Assembly: GCA_964016885.1 (NCBI GenBank)
Contig: OZ024741.1
Coordinates: 386,136,001 to 386,200,000, forward strand
Length of the DNA stretch: 64,000 nucleotides
DNA from: Eledone cirrhosa
Lineage: Eukaryota
Reading direction: 5' to 3'
Each line of letters opens with the position of its first letter. Within the stretch, counting starts at the first letter, position 1. The position numbers and the translations under genes are program-made. Below, piece after piece: positions 1 to 15,000 of this stretch. Below the pieces are notes generated by a model. That model ran no database searches, was not told the DNA's origin, and worked only from the letters and a program-made list of their open reading frames with translations.

Positions 1-3000
1 GTTATAGTTGTTGTTGTAATAGTTATAGTTGTTGTTGTAGTAGTTATAGTTGTTGTAGTAGTTATAGTTGTTGTTGTAATAGTTATAGTTGTTGTTGTGG
101 TAGTTATAGTTGTTGTTGTGTTAGTTATAGTTGTTGTTGCAGTAGTTATAGTTGTTGTTTAATAGTTATAGTTGTTGTTGTAATAGTTATAGTTGTTGTT
201 GTAATAGTTATAGTTGTTGTTGTAGTAGTTATAATTGTTGTAGTAGTTATAGTTGTTGTTGTAATAGTTATAGTTGTTGTTGTGGTAGTTATAGTTGTTG
301 TTGTGTTAGTTATAGTTGTTGTTTAATAGTTATAGTTGTTGTTGTAATAGTTATAGTTGTTGTTGTAGTAGTTATAGTTGTTGTTGTAGTAGTTATAGTT
401 GTTGTTGTGGTAGTTATAGTTGTTGTTGTAGTAGTTATAGTTGTTGTTGTGGTAGTTATAGTTGTTGTTGTGGTAGTTATAGTTGTTGTTGTAGTAGTTA
501 TAGTTGTTGTTGTGGTAGTTATAGTTGTTGTTGTGGTAGTTATAGTTGTTGTTTAATAGTTATAGTTGTTTGTGTTGTAGTTATAGTTGTTGTTGTAATA
601 GTTATAGTTTTGATGTAGTAGTTATAGTTGTTGTTGTGGTAGTTATAGTTGTTGTTGTAGTAGTTATAGTTGTTGTTGTGGTAGTTATAGTTGTTGTTGT
701 GGTAGTTATAGTTGTTGTTTAATAGTTATAGTTGTTTGTGTTGTAGTTATAGTTGTTGATGTAGTAGTTATAGTTGTTGTTGTAGTAGTTATAGTTGTTG
801 TTGTGGTAGTTATAGTTGTTGTTGTGGTAGTTATAGTTGTTGTTATAGTAGTTATAGTTGTTGTTGTGGTAGTTATAGTTGTTGCAGTAGTTATAGTTGT
901 TGTTGTAGTTATAGTTGTTGTTGTGGTAGTTATAGTTGTTGTTGCAGTTGTTATAGTTGTTGTTGTGGTAGTTATAGTTGTTGTTGTAGTAGTTATAGTT
1001 GTTGTTGTGGTAGTTATAGTTGTCGTTGTGGTAGTTATAGTTGTTGTTGTAGTAGTTATAGTTGTTGCAGTAGTTATAGTTGTTGTTGTGGTAGTTATAG
1101 ATGTTGTTGTGGTAGTTTTAGTTGTTGTTGTGGTAGTTATAGTTGTTGTTGTGGTAGTTACAATTGTTGCAGTAGTTATAGTTGTTGTTGTGGTAGTTAT
1201 AGTTGTTGTTGTAGTAGTTATAGTTGTTGTTGTGGTAGTTATAGTTGTTGTTGTAGTAGTTATAGTTGTTGTTGTGGTAGTTATAGTTGTTGTTGTGGTA
1301 GTTATAGTTGTTGTTGTGGTAGTTATAGTTGTTGTTGTATTAGTTATAGTTGTTGTTGTGGTAGTTATATTTGTTGTTGTGGTAGTTATAGTTGTTGTTG
1401 TAGTAGTTATAGTTGTTGTTGTGGTAGTTATAGTTGTTGTTGTAGTAGTTATAGTTGTTGTTGTGGTAGTTATAGTTGTTGTTGTGGTAGTTATAGTTGT
1501 TGTTGTGGTAGTTATATTTGTTGTTGTGGTAGTTATAGTTGTTGTTGTGGTAGTTATAGTTGTTGTTGTAGTAGTTATAGTTGTTGTTGTGGTAGTTATA
1601 GTTGTTGTTGTGGTAGTTATAGTTGTTGTTGCGGTAGTTATAGTTGTTGTTGTAGTAGTGATAGTTGTTGTTGTAGTAGTTATAGTTGTTGTTGTGGTAG
1701 TTATAGTTGTTGTTGTGGTAGTTATAATTTTTGTTGTAGTAGTTATAGTTGTTGTTGTGGTAGTTATAGTTGTCGTTGTAGTAGTTATAGTTGTTGTTGT
1801 GGTAGTTATAGTTGTTGTTGTAGTAGTTATAGTTGTTGTTGTATTAGTTATAATTGTTGTTGTAGTAGTTATAGTTGTTGTTGTGGTAGTTATAATTGTT
1901 GTTGTAGTAGTTATAGTTGTTGTTGTGGTAGTTATAGTTGTTGTTGTTGTAGTTATAGTTGTTGTTGCAGTAGTTATAGTTGTTGTTGTAGTAGTTATAG
2001 TTGTTGTTGTAGTAGTTATAGTTGTTGTTGTGGTAGTTATAGTTGTTGTTGTAGTAGTTATAGTTGTTGTTGTGGTAGTTATAGTTGTTGTTGTATTAGT
2101 TATAGTTGTGGTTGTGGTAGTTATAGTTGTTGTTGTAGTAGTTATAGTTGTTGTTGTAGTAGTTATAGTTGTTGTTGTTGTAGTTATAGTTGTTTTTGTG
2201 GTAGTTGTAGTTGTTGTTGTAGTAGTTATAGTTGTTGTTGTGGTAGTTATAGTTGTTGTTTTTGTAGTTATAGTTGTTGCTGTGGTAGTTATAGTTGTTG
2301 TTGTAGTAGTTATAGTTGTTGTTGTGGTAGTTATAGTTGTTGTTCTGGTAGTTATAGTTCTTGTTTAATAGTTATAGTTGTTGTTGTGGTAGTTATAGTT
2401 GTTGCAGTAGTTATAGTTGTTGTTGTAGTTATAGTTGTTGTTGTGGTAGTTATAGTTGTTGTTGTGGTAGTTATAGTTGTTGTTGTAGTAGTTATAGTTG
2501 TTGTCGTAGTAGTTATAGTTGTTGTTGTGGTAGTTATAGTTGTTGTTGTAGTAGTTATAGTTGTTGTTGTGGTAGTTATAGTTGTTGTTGTGGTAGTTAT
2601 AGTTGTTGTTGTGGTAGTTATAGTTGTTGTTGTATTAGTTATAGTTGTTGTTGTGGTAGTTATATTTGTTGTTGTGGTAGTTATAGTTGTTGTTGTAGTA
2701 GTTATAGTTGTTGTTGTGGTAGTTATAGTTGTTGTTGTGGTAGTTATAGTTGTTGTTGTGGTAGTTATAGTTGTTGTTGTAGTAGTTATAGTTGTTGTTG
2801 TGGTAGTTATAGTTGTTGTTGTGGTAGTTATAGTTGCTGTTGTGGTAGTTTTAGTTGTTGTTGTGGTAGTTATAGTTGTTGTTGTAGTAGTTATAGTTGT
2901 TGTTGTGGTAGTTATAATTGTTGTTGTGGTAGTTATAGTTGCTGTTGTGGTAGTTATATTTGTTGTTGTGGTAGTTATAGTTGTTGTTGTAGTAGTTATA

Positions 3001-6000
3001 GTTGTTGTTGTGGTAGTTATAGTTGTTGTTGTAGTAGTTATAGTTGTTGTTGTGGTAGTTATAGGTGTTGTTGTAGTAGTTATAGTTGTTGTTGTGGTAG
3101 TTATAGTTGTTGTGGTAGTTATAGTTGCTGTTGTGGTAGTTTTAGTTGTTGTTGTGGTAGTTATAGTTGTTGTTGTAGTAGTTATAGTTGTTGTTGTGGT
3201 AGTTATAGTTGTTGTTGTGGTAGTTATAGTTGTTGTTGTGGTAGTTATATTTGTTGTTGTGGTAGTTATAGTTGTTGTTGTGGTAGTTATAGTTGTTGTT
3301 GTAGTAGTTATAGTTGTTGTTGTAGTTATAGTTGTTGTTGTGGTAGTTATAGTTGTTGTTGCGGTAGTTATAGTTGTTGTTGTAGTAGTGATAGTTGTTG
3401 TTGTAGTAGTTATAGTTGTTGTTGTGGTAGTTATAGTTGTTGTTGTGGTAGTTATAGTTGTTGTTGTAGTAGTTATAGTTGTTGTTGTAGTAGTTATAGT
3501 TGTTGTTGTGGTAGTTATAGTTGTTGTTGTGGTAGTTATAGTTGTTGTTGTGGTAGTTATAGTTTTTGTTGTGGTAGTTATAGTTGTTGTTGCAGTAGTT
3601 ATAGTTGTTGTTGTATTAGTTATAGTTGTTTTTGTGGTAGTTATAGTTGTTGTTGTGGTAGTTATAGTTGTTGTTGTGGTAGTTATAGGTGTTGTTGTTG
3701 TAGTTATAGTTGTTGTTGTGGTAGTTATAGTTGTTGTTGTGGTAGTTATAGGTGTTGTTGTTGTAGTTATAGTTGTTGTTGCAGTAGTTATAGTTGTTGT
3801 TGTATTAGTTATAGTTGTTTTTGTGGTAGTTATAGTTGTTGTTGTGGTAGTTATAGTTGTTGTTGTGGTAGTTATAGGTGTTGTTGTTGTAGTTATAGTT
3901 GTTGTTGTAGTAGTTATAGTTGTTGTTGTGGTAGTTATAGTTGTTGTTGTAGTAGTTATAGTTGTTGTTGTAGTAGTTATAGTTGTTGTTGTGGTAGTTA
4001 TAGTTGTTGTTGTAGTAGTTATAGTTGTTGTTGTGGTAGTTATAGTTGTTGTTGCAGTAGTTATAGTTGTTGTTGTAGTAGTTATAGTTGTTGTTGTAGT
4101 AGTTATAGTTGTTGTTGTGGTAGTTATAGTTGTTGTAGTAGTTATAGTTGTTGTTGTAATAGTTATAGTTGTTGTTGTGGTAGTTATAGTTGTTGTAGTA
4201 GTTATAGTTGTTGTTGTAATAGTTATAGTTGTTGTTGTGGTAGTTATAGTTGTTGTTGTGTTAGTTATAGTTGTTGTAGTAGTTATAGTTGTTGTTTAAT
4301 AGTTATAGTTGTTGTTGTAATAGTTATAGTTGTTGTTGTAATAGTTATAGTTGTTGTTGTAGTAGTTATAGTTGTTGTAGTAGTTATAGTTGTTGTTGTA
4401 ATAGTTATAGTTGTTGTTGTGGTAGTTATAGTTGTTGTTGTGTTAGTTATAGTTGTTGTTGCAGTAGTTATAGTTGTTGTTTAATAGTTATAGTTGTTGT
4501 TGTAATAGTTATAGTTGTTGTTGTAATAGTTATAGTTGTTGTTGTAGTAGTTATAATTGTTGTAGTAGTTATAGTTGTTGTTGTAATAGTTATAGTTGTT
4601 GTTGTGGTAGTTATAGTTGTTGTTGTGTTAGTTATAGTTGTTGTTTAATAGTTATAGTTGTTGTTGTAATAGTTATAGTTGTTGTTGTAGTAGTTATAGT
4701 TGTTGTTGTAGTAGTTATAGTTGTTGTTGTGGTAGTTATAGTTGTTGTTGTAGTAGTTATAGTTGTTGTTGTGGTAGTTATAGTTGTTGTTGTGGTAGTT
4801 ATAGTTGTTGTTGTAGTAGTTATAGTTGTTGTTGTGGTAGTTATAGTTGTTGTTGTGGTAGTTATAGTTGTTGTTTAATAGTTATAGTTGTTTGTGTTGT
4901 AGTTATAGTTGTTGTTGTAATAGTTATAGTTGTTGTTGTAGTAGTTATAGTTGTTGTTGTGGTAGTTATAGTTGTTGTTGTAGTAGTTATAGTTGTTGTT
5001 GTGGTAGTTATAGTTGTTGTTGTGGTAGTTATAGTTGTTGTTTAATAGTTATAGTTGTTTGTGTTGTAGTTATAGTTGTTGATGTAGTAGTTATAGTTGT
5101 TGTTGTAGTAGTTATAGTTGTCGTTGTGGTAGTTATAGTTGTTGTTGTGGTAGTTATAGTTGTTGTTATAGTAGTTATAGTTGTTGTTGTGGTAGTTATA
5201 GGTGTTGTTGTAGTAGTTATAGTTGTTGTTGTGGTAGTTATAGTTGTTGTGGTAGTTATAGTTGCTGTTGTGGTAGTTTTAGTTGTTGTTGTGGTAGTTA
5301 TAGTTGTTGTTGTAGTAGTTATAGTTGTTGTTGTGGTAGTTATAGTTGTTGTTGTGGTAGTTATAGTTGTTGTTGTGGTAGTTATATTTGTTGTTGTGGT
5401 AGTTATAGTTGTTGTTGTGGTAGTTATAGTTGTTGTTGTAGTAGTTATAGTTGTTGTTGTAGTTATAGTTGTTGTTGTGGTAGTTATAGTTGTTGTTGCG
5501 GTAGTTATAGTTGTTGTTGTAGTAGTGATAGTTGTTGTTGTAGTAGTTATAGTTGTTGTTGTGGTAGTTATAGTTGTTGTTGTGGTAGTTATAGTTGTTG
5601 TTGTAGTAGTTATAGTTGTTGTTGTAGTAGTTATAGTTGTTGTTGTGGTAGTTATAGTTGTTGTTGTGGTAGTTATAGTTGTTGTTGTGGTAGTTATAGT
5701 TTTTGTTGTGGTAGTTATAGTTGTTGTTGCAGTAGTTATAGTTGTTGTTGTATTAGTTATAGTTGTTTTTGTGGTAGTTATAGTTGTTGTTGTGGTAGTT
5801 ATAGTTGTTGTTGTGGTAGTTATAGGTGTTGTTGTTGTAGTTATAGTTGTTGTTGTGGTAGTTATAGTTGTTGTTGTGGTAGTTATAGGTGTTGTTGTTG
5901 TAGTTATAGTTGTTGTTGCAGTAGTTATAGTTGTTGTTGTATTAGTTATAGTTGTTTTTGTGGTAGTTATAGTTGTTGTTGTGGTAGTTATAGTTGTTGT

Positions 6001-9000
6001 TGTGGTAGTTATAGGTGTTGTTGTTGTAGTTATAGTTGTTGTTGTAGTAGTTATAGTTGTTGTTGTGGTAGTTATAGTTGTTGTTGTAGTAGTTATAGTT
6101 GTTGTTGTAGTAGTTATAGTTGTTGTTGTGGAAGTTATAGTTGTTGTTGTAGTAGTTATAGTTGTTGTTGTGGTAGTTATAGTTGTTGTTGCAGTAGTTA
6201 TAGTTGTTGTTGTAGTAGTTATAGTTGTTGTTGTAGTAGTTATAGTTGTTGTTGTGGTAGTTATAGTTGTTGTAGTAGTTATAGTTGTTGTTGTAATAGT
6301 TATAGTTGTTGTTGTGGTAGTTATAGTTGTTGTAGTAGTTATAGTTGTTGTTGTAATAGTTATAGTTGTTGTTGTGGTAGTTATAGTTGTTGTTGTGTTA
6401 GTTATAGTTGTTGTAGTAGTTATAGTTGTTGTTTAATAGTTATAGTTGTTGTTGTAATAGTTATAGTTGTTGTTGTAATAGTTATAGTTGTTGTTGTAGT
6501 AGTTATAGTTGTTGTAGTAGTTATAGTTGTTGTTGTAATAGTTATAGTTGTTGTTGTGGTAGTTATAGTTGTTGTTGTGTTAGTTATAGTTGTTGTTGCA
6601 GTAGTTATAGTTGTTGTTTAATAGTTATAGTTGTTGTTGTAATAGTTATAGTTGTTGTTGTAATAGTTATAGTTGTTGTTGTAGTAGTTATAATTGTTGT
6701 AGTAGTTATAGTTGTTGTTGTAATAGTTATAGTTGTTGTTGTGGTAGTTATAGTTGTTGTTGTGTTAGTTATAGTTGTTGTTTAATAGTTATAGTTGTTG
6801 TTGTAATAGTTATAGTTGTTGTTGTAGTAGTTATAGTTGTTGTTGTAGTAGTTATAGTTGTTGTTGTGGTAGTTATAGTTGTTGTTGTAGTAGTTATAGT
6901 TGTTGTTGTGGTAGTTATAGTTGTTGTTGTGGTAGTTATAGTTGTTGTTGTAGTAGTTATAGTTGTTGTTGTGGTAGTTATAGTTGTTGTTGTGGTAGTT
7001 ATAGTTGTTGTTTAATAGTTATAGTTGTTTGTGTTGTAGTTATAGTTGTTGTTGTAATAGTTATAGTTGTTGTTGTAGTAGTTATAGTTGTTGTTGTGGT
7101 AGTTATAGTTGTTGTTGTAGTAGTTATAGTTGTTGTTGTGGTAGTTATAGTTGTTGTTGTGGTAGTTATAGTTGTTGTTTAATAGTTATAGTTGTTTGTG
7201 TTGTAGTTATAGTTGTTGATGTAGTAGTTATAGTTGTTGTTGTAGTAGTTATAGTTGTCGTTGTGGTAGTTATAGTTGTTGTTGTGGTAGTTATAGTTGT
7301 TGTTATAGTAGTTATAGTTGTTGTTGTGGTAGTTATAGTTGTTGCAGTAGTTATAGTTTTTGTTGTAGTTATAGTTGTTGTTGTGGTAGTTATAGTTGTT
7401 GTTGCAGCAGTTATAGTTGTTGTTGTGGTAGTTATAGTTGTTGTTGTAGTAGTTATAGTTGTTGTTGTGGTAGTTATAGTTGTTGTTGTGGTAGTTATAG
7501 TTGTTGTTGTAGTAGTTATTGTTGTTGCAGTAGTTATAGTTGTTGTTGTGGTAGTTATAGATGTTGTTGTGGTAGTTTTAGTTGTTGTTGTGGTAGTTAT
7601 AGTTGTTGTTGTGGTAGTTACAGTTGTTGCAGTAGTTATAGTTGTTGTTGTGGTAGTTATAGTTGTTGTTGTAGTAGTTATAGTTGTTGTTGTGGTAGTT
7701 ATAGTTGTTGTTGTAGTAGTTATAGTTGTTGTTGTGGTAGTTATAGTTGTTGTTGTGGTAGTTATAGTTGTTGTTGTGGTAGTTATAGTTGTTGTTGTAT
7801 TAGTTATAGTTGTTGTTGTGGTAGTTATATTTGTTGTTGTGGTAGTTATAGTTGTTGTTGTAGTAGTTATAGTTGTTGTTTTGGAAGTTATAGTTGTTGT
7901 TGTAGTAGTTATAGTTGTTGTTGTGGTAGTTATAGTTGTTGTTGTTGTAGTTATAGTTGTTGTTGTGGTAGTTATATTTGTTGTTGTGGTAGTTATAGTT
8001 GTTGTTGTGGTAGTTATAGTTGTTGTTGTAGTAGTTATAGTTGTTGTTGTGGTAGTTATAGTTGTTGTTGTGGTAGTTATAGTTGTTGTTGCGGTAGTTA
8101 TAGTTGTTGTTGTAGTAGTGATAGTTGTTGTTGTAGTAGTTATAGTTGTTGTTGTGGTAGTTATAGTTGTTGTTGTGGTAGTTATAGTTGTTGTTGTAGT
8201 AGTTATAGTTGTTGTTGTGGTAGTTATAGTTGTCGTTGTAGTAGTTATAGTTGTTGTTGTGGTAGTTATAGTTGTTGTTGTAGTAGTTATAGTTGTTGTT
8301 GTATTAGTTATAATTGTTGTTGTAGTAGTTATAGTTGTTGTTGTGGTAGTTATAATTGTTGTTGTAGTAGTTATAGTTGTTATTGTGGTAGTTATAGTTG
8401 TTGTTGTAGTAGTTATAGTTGTTGTTGCAGTAGTTATAGTTGTTGTTGTAGTAGTTATAGTTGTTGTTGTAGTAGTTATAGTTGTTGTTGTGGTAGTTAT
8501 AGTTGTTGTTGTAGTAGTTATAGTTGTTGTTGTGGTAGTTATAGTGGTTGTTGTATTAGTTATAATTGTGGTTGTGGTAGTTATAGTTGTTGTTGTAGTA
8601 GTTATAGTTGTTGTTGTAGTAGTTATAGTTGTTGTTGTTGTAGTTATAGTTGTTTTTGTGGTAGTTGTAGTTGTTGTTGTAGTAGTTATAGTTGTTGTTG
8701 TGGTAGTTATAGTTGTTGTTTTTGTAGTTATAGTTGTTGCTGTGGTAGTTATAGTTGTTGTTGTAGTAGTTATAGTTGTTGTTGTGGTAGTTATAGTTGT
8801 TGTTCTGGTAGTTATAGTTCTTGTTTAATAGTTAAAGTTGTTGTTGTGGTAGTTATAGTTGTTGCAGTAGTTATAGTTGTTGTTGTAGTTATAGTTGTTG
8901 TTGTGGTAGTTATAGTTGTTGTTGTGGTAGTTATAGTTGTTGTTGTAGTAGTTATAGTTGTTGTTGTTGTAGTTATAGTTGTTGTTGTTGTAGTTATAGT

Positions 9001-12000
9001 TGTTGTTGTAATAGTTATAGTTGTTGTTGTAGTAGTTATAGTTGTTGTTGTGGTAGTTATAGCTGTTGCAGTAGTTATAGTTGTTGTTGTAGTTATAGTT
9101 GTTGTTGTGGTAGTTATAGTTGTTGTTGCAGTAGTTATAGTTGTTGTTGTGGTACTTATAGTTGTTGTTGTAGTAGTTATAGTTGTTGTTGTGGTAGTTA
9201 TAGTTGTTGTTGTGGTAGTTATAGTTGTTGTTGTGGTAGTTATAGATGTTGTTGTGGTAGTTATAGTTGTTGTTGTGGTAGTTATAGATGTTGTTGTGGT
9301 AGTTATAGTTGTTGTTGTGGTAGTTATAGTTGTTGTTGTGGTAGTTACACTTGTTGCAGTATTTATAGTTGTTGTTGTGGTAGTTATAGTTGTTGTTGTG
9401 GTAGTTACTGTTGTTGCAGTAGTTATAGTTGTTGTTGTGGTAGTTATAGTTGTTGTTGTAGTAGTTATAGTTGTTGTTGTGGTAGTTATAGTTGTTGTTG
9501 TGGTAGTTATAGTTGTTGCAGTAATTATAGTTGTTGTTGTGGTAGTTATAGATGTTGTTGTGGTAGTTATAGTTGTTGTTGTGGTAGTTATAGTTGTTGT
9601 TGTGGTAGTTACAGTTGTTGCAGTAGTTATAGTTGTCGTTGTGGTAGTTATAGATGTTGTTGTGGTAGTTATAGTTGTTGTTGTGGTAGTTATAGTTGTT
9701 GTTGTAGTAGTTATAGTTGTTGTTGTGGTAGTTATAGTTGTTGTTGTGGTAGTTATAGTTGTTGTTGTAGTAGTTATAGTTGTTGCAGTAGTTATAGTTG
9801 TTGTTGTGGTAGTTATAGATGTTGTGGTAGTTATAGTTGTTGTTGTGGTAGTTATAGTTGTTGTTGTGGTAGTTACAGTTGTTGCAGTAGTTATAGTTGT
9901 TGTTGTGGTAGTTATAGTTGTTGTTGTGGTAGTTATAGTTTTTGTTGTGGTAGTTATAGTTGTTGTTGCAGTAGTTATAGTTGTTGTTGTATTAGTTATA
10001 GTTGTTTTTGTGGTAGTTATAGTTGTTGTTGTGGTAGTTATAGGTGTTGTTGTTGTAGTTATAGTTGTTGTTGTGGTAGTTATAGTTGTTGTTGTAGTAG
10101 TTATAGTTGTTGTTGTGGTAGTTATAGTTGTTGTTGTGGTAGTTATAGTTGTTGTTGTGGTAGTTACAGTTGTTGCAGTAGTTATAGTTGTTGTTGTGGT
10201 AGTTATAGTTGTTGTTGTGGTAGTTATAGTTTTTGTTGTGGTAGTTATAGTTGTTGTTGCAGTAGTTATAGTTGTTGTTGTATTAGTTATAGTTGTTTTT
10301 GTGGTAGTTATAGTTGTTGTTGTGGTAGTTATAGTTGTTGTTGTGGTAGTTATAGGTGTTGTTGTTGTAGTTATAGTTGTTGTTGTCGTAGTTATAGTTG
10401 TTGTTGTAGTAGTTATAGTTGTTGTTGTAGTAGTTATAGTTGTTGTTGTGGTAGTTATAGTTGTTGTTGTAGTAGTTATAGTTGTTGTTGTGGTAGTTAT
10501 AGTTGTTGTTGCAGTAGTTATAGTTGTTGTTGTAGTAGTTATAGTTGTTGTTGTAGTAGTTATAGTTGTTGTTGTGGTAGTTATAGTTGTTGTAGTAGTT
10601 ATAGTTGTTGTTGTAATAGTTATAGTTGTTGTTGTGGTAGTTATAGTTGTTGTAGTAGTTATAGTTGTTGTTGTAATAGTTATAGTTGTTGTTGTGGTAG
10701 TTATAGTTGTTGTTGTGTTAGTTATAGTTGTTGTTGTAGTAGTTATAGTTGTTGTTTAATAGTTATAGTTGTTGTTGTAATAGTTATAGTTGTTGTTGTA
10801 ATAGTTATAGTTGTTGTTGTAGTAGTTATAGTTGTTGTAGTAGTTATAGTTGTTGTTGTAATAGTTATAGTTGTTGTTGTGGTAGTTATAGTTGTTGTTG
10901 TGTTAGTTATAGTTGTTGTTTAATAGTTATAGTTGTTGTTGTAATAGTTATAGTTGTTGTTGTAGTAGTTATAGTTGTTGTTGTAGTAGTTATAGTTGTT
11001 GTTGTGGTAGTTATAGTTGTTGTTGTAGTAGTTATAGTTGTTGTTGTGGTAGTTATAGTTGTTGTTGTGGTAGTTATAGTTGTTGTTGTAGTAGTTATAG
11101 TTGTTGTTGTGGTAGTTATAGTTGTTGTTGTGGTAGTTATAGTTGTTGTTTAATAGTTATAGTTGTTTGTGTTGTAGTTATAGTTGTTGTTGTAATAGTT
11201 ATAGTTGTTGTTGTAGTAGTTATAGTTGTTGTTGTGGTAGTTATAGTTGTTGTTGTAGTAGTTATAGTTGTTGTTGTGGTAGTTATAGTTGTTGTTGTGG
11301 TAGTTATAGTTGTTGTTTAATAGTTATAGTTGTTTGTGTTGTAGTTATAGTTGTTGATGTAGTAGTTATAGTTGTTGTTGTAGTAGTTATAGTTGTTGTT
11401 GTGGTAGTTATAGTTGTTGTTGTGGTAGTTATAGTTGTTGTTATAGTAGTTATAGTTGTTGTTGTGGTAGTTATAGTTGTTGCAGTAGTTATAGTTGTTG
11501 TTGTAGTTATAGTTGTTGTTGTGGTAGTTATAGTTGTTGTTGCAGTAGTTATAGTTGTTGTTGTGGTAGTTATAGTTGTTGTTGTAGTAGTTATAGTTGT
11601 TGTTGTGGTAGTTATAGTTGTTGTTGTGGTAGTTGTAGTTGTTGTTGTAGTAGTTATAGTTGTTGCAGTAGTTATAGTTGTTGTTGTGGTAGTTATAGAT
11701 GTTGTTGTGGTAGTTTTAGTTGTTGTTGTGGTAGTTATAGTTGTTGTTGTGGTAGTTACAGTTGTTGCAGTAGTTATAGTTGTTGTTGTGGTAGTTATAG
11801 TTGTTGTTGTAGTAGTTATAGTTGTTGTTGTGGTAGTTATAGTTGTTGTTGTAGTAGTTATAGTTGTTGTTGTGGTAGTTATAGTTGTTGTTGTGGTAGT
11901 TATAGTTGTTGTTGTGGTAGTTATAGTTGTTGTTGTATTAGTTATAGTTGTTGTTGTGGTAGTTATATTTGTTGTTGTGGTAGTTATAGTTGTTGTTGTA

Positions 12001-15000
12001 GTAGTTATAGTTGTTGTTTTGGAAGTTATAGTTGTTGTTGTAGTAGTTATAGTTGTTGTTGTGGTAGTTATAGTTGTTGTTGTTGTAGTTATAGTTGTTG
12101 TTGTGGTAGTTATATTTGTTGTTGTGGTAGTTATAGTTGTTGTTGTGGTAGTTATAGTTGTTGTTGTAGTAGTTATAGTTGTTGTTGTGGTAGTTATAGT
12201 TGTTGTTGCGGTAGTTATAGTTGTTGTTGTGGTAGTGATAGTTGTTGTTGTAGTAGTTATAGTTGTTGTTGTGGTAGTTATAGTTGTTGTTGTGGTAGTT
12301 ATAGTTGTTGTTGTAGTAGTTATAGTTGTTGTTGTGGTAGTTATAGTTGTCGTTGTAGTAGTTATAGTTGTTGTTGTGGTAGTTATAGTTGTTGTTGTAG
12401 TAGTTATAGTTGTTGTTGTATTAGTTATAATTGTTGTTGTAGTAGTTATAGTTGTTGTTGTGGTAGTTATAATTGTTGTTGTAGTAGTTATAGTTGTTAT
12501 TGTGGTAGTTATAGTTGTTGTTGTAGTAGTTATAGTTGTTGTTGCAGTAGTTATAGTTGTTGTTGTAGTAGTTATAGTTGTTGTTGTAGTAGTTATAGTT
12601 GTTGTTGTGGTAGTTATAGTTGTTGTTGTAGTAGTTATAGTTGTTGTTGTGGTAGTTATAGTTGTTGTTGTATTAGTTATAGTTGTGGTTGTGGTAGTTA
12701 TAGTTGTTGTTGTAGTAGTTATAGTTGTTGTTGTAGTAGTTATAGTTGTTGTTGTTGTAGTTATAGTTGTTTTTGTGGTAGTTGTAGTTGTTGTTGTAGT
12801 AGTTATAGTTGTTGTTGTGGTAGTTATAGTTGTTGTTTTTGTAGTTATAGTTGTTGCTGTGGTAGTTATAGTTGTTGTTGTAGTAGTTATAGTTGTTGTT
12901 GTGGTAGTTATAGTTGTTGTTCTGGTAGTTATAGTTCTTGTTTAATAGTTAAAGTTGTTGTTGTGGTAGTTATAGTTGTTGTTGTGGTAGTTATAGTTGT
13001 TGTTGTGGTAGTTATAGTTGTTGTTGTAGTTATAGTTGTTGTTGTAGTAGTTATAGTTGTTGTTGTGGTAGTTATAGCTGTTGCAGTAGTTATAGTTGTT
13101 GTTGTATTAGTTATAGTTGTTGTTGTGGTAGTTATAGTTGTTGTTGTGGTAGTTATAGTTGTTGTTGTGGTAGTTATAGTTGTTGTTGTTGTAGTTATAG
13201 TTGTTGTTGTGGTAGTTATAGTTGTTGTTGTAGTAGTTATAGTTGTTGTTGTAGTAGTTATAGTTGTTGTTGTGGTAGTTATAGTTGTTGTTGTAGTAGT
13301 TATAGTTGTTGTTGTGGTAGTTATAGTTGTTGTTGCAGTAGTTATAGTTGTTGTTGTAGTAGTTATAGTTGTTGTTGTAGTAGTTATAGTTGTTGTTGTG
13401 GTAGTTATAGTTGTTGTAGTAGTTATAGTTGTTGTTGTAATAGTTATAGTTGTTGTTGTGGTAGTTATAGTTGTTGTAGTAGTTATAGTTGTTGTTGTAA
13501 TAGTTATAGTTGTTGTTGTGGTAGTTATAGTTGTTGTTGTGTTAGTTATAGTTGTTGTTGTAGTAGTTATAGTTGTTGTTTAATAGTTATAGTTGTTGTT
13601 GTAATAGTTATAGTTGTTGTTGTAATAGTTATAGTTGTTGTTGTAGTAGTTATAGTTGTTGTAGTAGTTATAGTTGTTGTTGTAATAGTTATAGTTGTTG
13701 TTGTGGTAGTTATAGTTGTTGTTGTGTTAGTTATAGTTGTTGTTGCAGTAGTTATAGTTGTTGTTTAATAGTTATAGTTGTTGTTGTAATAGTTATAGTT
13801 GTTGTTGTAATAGTTATAGTTGTTGTTGTAGTAGTTATAATTGTTGTAGTAGTTATAGTTGTTGTTGTAATAGTTATAGTTGTTGTTGTGGTAGTTATAG
13901 TTGTTGTTGTGTTAGTTATAGTTGTTGTTTAATAGTTATAGTTGTTGTTGTAATAGTTATAGTTGTTGTTGTAGTAGTTATAGTTGTTGTTGTAGTAGTT
14001 ATAGTTGTTGTTGTGGTAGTTATAGTTGTTGTTGTAGTAGTTATAGTTGTTGTTGTGGTAGTTATAGTTGTTGTTGTGGTAGTTATAGTTGTTGTTGTAG
14101 TAGTTATAGTTGTTGTTGTGGTAGTTATAGTTGTTGTTGTGGTAGTTATAGTTGTTGTTTAATAGTTATAGTTGTTTGTGTTGTAGTTATAGTTGTTGTT
14201 GTAATAGTTATAGTTGTTGATGTAGTAGTTATAGTTGTTGTTGTGGTAGTTATAGTTGTTGTTGTAGTAGTTATAGTTGTTGTTGTGGTAGTTATAGTTG
14301 TTGTTGTGGTAGTTATAGTTGTTGTTTAATAGTTATAGTTGTTTGTGTTGTAGTTATAGTTGTTGATGTAGTAGTTATAGTTGTTGTTGTAGTAGTTATA
14401 GTTGTTGTTGTGGTAGTTATAGTTGTTGTTGTGGTAGTTATAGTTGTTGTTATAGTAGTTATAGTTGTTGTTGTGGTAGTTATAGTTGTTGCAGTAGTTA
14501 TAGTTGTTGTTGTAGTTATAGTTGTTGTTGTGGTAGTTATAGTTGTTGTTGCAGTAGTTATAGTTGTTGTTGTGGTAGTTATAGTTGTTGTTGTAGTAGT
14601 TATAGTTGTTGTTGTGGTAGTTATAGTTGTCGTTGTGGTAGTTATAGTTGTTGTTGTAGTAGTTATAGTTGTTGCAGTAGTTATAGTTGTTGTTGTGGTA
14701 GTTATAGATGTTGTTGTGGTAGTTTTAGTTGTTGTTGTGGTAGTTATAGTTGTTGTTGTGGTAGTTACAATTGTTGCAGTAGTTATAGTTGTTGTTGTGG
14801 TAGTTATAGTTGTTGTTGTAGTAGTTATAGTTGTTGTTGTGGTAGTTATAGTTGTTGTTGTAGTAGTTATAGTTGTTGTTGTGGTAGTTATAGTTGTTGT
14901 TGTGGTAGTTATAGTTGTTGTTGTGGTAGTTATAGTTGTTGTTGTATTAGTTATAGTTGTTGTTGTGGTAGTTATATTTGTTGTTGTGGTAGTTATAGTT

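Noticed and set aside
601-620. 1-bp deletion making the HOR offset 13,606 instead of 13,607
   Set aside because: A single-base difference, plausibly a consensus error; not informative.
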